A stretch of DNA of 63,760 bases, filler included, from Hyphochytrium catenoides (Eukaryota > Protista > Hyphochytriomycota): assembly GCA_900088475.1 (NCBI GenBank). It is 11 parts of 11 records of this genome, joined end to end, with 100 filler letters (N's around TTAATTAATTAA, not from the genome) between each part and the next. Parts side by side here need not be neighbours in the genome. Positions count along the whole stretch, not along the records: positions 59,959 to 63,760 come from FLMG01002932.1; 10 more parts are not named here. The stretch is one strand, 5' to 3'. Of the stretch, positions 60,588-63,760 are shown in pieces. The number at the start of each line of letters is the position of its first letter. Positions within the stretch are counted from its first letter, which is position 1. Position numbers and translations under genes: made by a program. Below the pieces are notes generated by a model that was given only the letters and a program-made list of their open reading frames with translations, did not search any database and was not told the origin of the DNA.

Positions 60588-63500
60588 CTCTTTCATCTCG
60601 ACTGATGTGGTTGATGAAGAGATGTTAACAATCTCCTATGGATACTTTCCATTTTTTGTTTACACGCAATATTTCAGCGCCGTCGTCTAGTATGCTGTTT
60701 TATTATTTCCTCTAAAGGTTCATTCCCTGTGAAAGATTCACACCAGATCCTTACTTCCTTTTGCCTTCCGTCCTCCTTTCGTGCTGCTCCCTTCTTCTTC
60801 CCTCTCTCTCTCTCTCTCTCTCTCGCACTCTCTCTCTCTCTCTTATTACTCTCTCTCTCTCTTTCTCTCCCTCTCTCTCTCTCTCCCTCTCACACACAGC
60901 AATCACTCTTTCTCTCTTCCTGCCCCTGCTGCTGGTATGGCCTTCATCAGTTCCTCTTCTTCGAGCAGAGCGGCACCAGCCAGCATGATCCAGTTCTATC
61001 TTCTCTCTCTCTTTTTCTTTTCTCCCCTCAATCTCTCTCTCTCTCCTCCTCTCTCACGGCAATCACTATTGCTCTCTTCCTTCTTCTTCTGCTGCTGGTG
61101 TGGCCTTCAGTTTCTCTTCTTTGAAGCGGAGCAGCCGACATGACTTACCTTCTCTCCCTCTCTCTCTCTCTCTCCTTTGGTGCAAACCAGGAACGGGGAG
61201 ACCGTGAAGGAAAGCGCCAGCATGATTCTACTACTACTATTTATAAAAAGGAAGAAGAAGAAAGAAGAAAAAGAAGACGAGACAAGAAGAGCGACAAGGC
61301 CAGCAGCCTTGGTCTTCTCCTCTTCGTCGTCATCGAGTCTCTCCTCCTCCGCTCCACTCTCGCAGTCATAAGAAGGGGAGGATAATCATCATAGTTGGCT
61401 TTCTCCTTGAGAAGAAGAAGAGGAGAGGGAGGACGGAGGAGTTTAGAGGAAGCGCCGCCATTGTCATCATCATTCTCCTTCGACCAGGCAAGCAAGCAAG
61501 AGAAGAAGAGTCCAGCTGCGGAAGAGGAATGCGCCTCATCGATCAGGATCTGAGTGGATCGTCTAAAGATACCGGCGACCCGCCGCGGGCTCGCCCATCG
61601 TAAGGGGCAATGTGCTGACTGTACCTGATGGACCAAGTGGTGCTTGAGTTCTACCAGAAGAGTAGATAAGGAAAGGATGAGACCATAGAATCAACTTGGT
61701 TGGGAACGCAGTCAGACCAGAATGCATGTCCCTATGCTGAGTCCGGCCGGCGGTCATGAAGGCTTGTACTCTCAACAGTTTATGAGTCCTACGTGTTAGG
61801 CTTGTGATCGAGCGGGGATCTCTCCTCCAGGCCATGCTTTGCCTCTCATACATCCATGATCTCTGCACCAAAGTTGTGAGGCACGTGTTATCGTTGAGAC
61901 GTTTATTGGCGTGACAGAATGATGATGGAGACACTCGTTGACTCTCATCATAAGCACGGTTTGAACCGGATAATTGTCAGAAAGGAAGAGGAAGACTCGT
62001 ATAGCACTGAATCGGCCCAGACATTGTGTGACAGAGTGACAAACAGTGTTGGACCAGACACACAGACAGGCAGTCGGCTCGTGATGAGGCTCAAACGTAT
62101 GGCCGCTCCCTTTCCGTGTGCGTCAGCCTGTTGCCTACCTGGGCTAGCTCACCTTAGGTGGGCTCGCACGCAAACTCTAAGAGCATCTTCTTCACTAGGA
62201 GTCTCTACTACTGCCGCTATCTCTATCGCCATCTAACTCTTCATGGGACCAACTTGCTCTCCTGCTCGTTTCTGATCTCTTCATCCTGATGGTTGGTGGT
62301 TGCTCGCAGGTAGAACCCATCGCCTTGACCCTTGGCATCAAACAATACCACTTCCTCCATCTCTTATTGCTTGTTAAGAACCGAATAGTTGTGCTCTGTT
62401 GGCCTCGTGAGTAGAGAAGAGCGGGAGTCCATCCACGATCCTGATGAGAGGCGCAAGCAAGCGCCACGTGGCGTGTACCGCTCCCTACTGCTCCACAGCT
62501 TCGAAGTGCTGAAATAGCTCAATCGGCTCATCTCGTTAAACTAGAGATCGCTAGCAGTGCTCGTTCCTGAAGTTTGATAGACAGCACCTGAGAATTTGCT
62601 CTACTCGTCATGGGCTAACATCTCTCCTACTTTCTAGTCGTCTGTGGAGAAGCGTTGGAATGCTGTCCTCCACCCATGCTTGCCCTTCTAGAAGAGCTCC
62701 TCCATTCTATCTGAGCAGCATTATCAGCAGTCGTACCGTGGGAAAGTTGTTGCCTTACCGGAGACTCGCCAGACGTCAGTCCACTCGCTTGAAGGCAGCA
62801 CTGCTTTAGCGAATCTCTTGATCCATCAGTGGTAACGATACCATCATCCCTGATCGCTCTCTCTTCTCTCGTAGCTCGTGCTCCACTCCGTGAATGACAC
62901 CAGGCACCACGCGAGGCGCATGCTGGCGCTGAAGGTGTATACCTTTTTCTACCTTTTAAAAAAGATCTCTCAGCTCCCTCGCCCATCATCGAGACGTAAG
63001 GAGGAGGATCCCCGGTGGCAAACAGCCCCTCGCCAGGGTCTAGAACGAGTACACGCCACGTACTCTCTAATGTCTTTCCTTGCTGAACGGAGTAGTCCTA
63101 AGAAGAGGATGATGCGTCGGTACCGTCGTTGTAGAGAATGTATTTAGCTGCTCTAGACCTCAGATCTAGACATCAATGTCCAAGGAAACATTGAGCAAGG
63201 TGCGCGCAGAACATGAACTCTCGAGCTTCTCGGTGAAGGAGGAATCCTCTCTGTCGCCAGAAACCTAATAAAAAGTGAAAAGGAGAGAGACCTTCTTCCG
63301 CCGTTCCCCATCGTTAGTTGCTATCGCCGTGGGCGCGCTTTAAACCTTTGACACGTTGGTTCTGTCACTTTATCGCTAGGTAAGAGGTTGAAGAGAGCAG
63401 CTCTATGGGTGGCAAAGGTCGGTGTCACTCACTCCAGAGGTGGCGTTCCTCCCGTTCATTAACTGCCATCTGTCGCCCAGGGAACCGTCTCCGTCCCAGG

Positions 63501-63709
63501 GAGAGAACCTCAGTCAGCGTCTCTTCAGAGATCTGTCTGCAGCTTCTGGGCTGAGGGAGGCGGCCTCAGGAGAAAGAGCAAGAAGAAGAGTATTGAAGCT
63601 CTATAATAACTCGATTGCTGACTATCTATCAGCAGAGAGGAGTCTCTGGATAGAGATGATGTATGGCAATCTGCTGCTCTAACTAGAGCAAGAGAGGGAG
63701 GGAGAGAGA

Positions 63710-63748
<39 letters not shown>

Positions 63749-63760
63749 GAGCGAGCGAGC

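Noticed and set aside
61550-62500. Possible degenerate non-LTR retrotransposon on the minus strand
   Set aside because: Only vague motif resemblance with many stops. It cannot be supported without a profile search.

Overview
Eukaryotic (protist-like, probably SAR/stramenopile by inference) draft-genome window with many (GA)n microsatellites. It is made of contigs joined by artificial 100-bp N/TTAATTAATTAA/N spacers, so adjacency across gaps is not reliable. Host genes: a multi-exon diaphanous-type formin (GBD/FH3-FH2-DAD) whose FH1 position holds four CCDC53-like repeats, a DUF3712/Tag1-like membrane protein, KLHDC4, a roadblock/LC7 first exon, a TLC-like membrane protein, a broken FAD-dependent oxidoreductase and two orphan ORFs. 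Mobile DNA: tandem 3' fragments of RLE (CRE-like) non-LTR retrotransposons, a frameshifted P-superfamily transposase and a nest of Copia remnants. Best candidate for something new (53.8-55.0 kb): a miniature non-autonomous LTR element (TRIM). Its LTR contains a complete Pol III tRNA-like gene, and its primer-binding site (TGGTGTACGCTCCG) is exactly complementary to the 3' end of that tRNA-like RNA plus a post-transcriptionally added CCA. The element therefore appears to encode its own reverse-transcription primer. All calls were made by eye without database searches, and exon boundaries are approximate.
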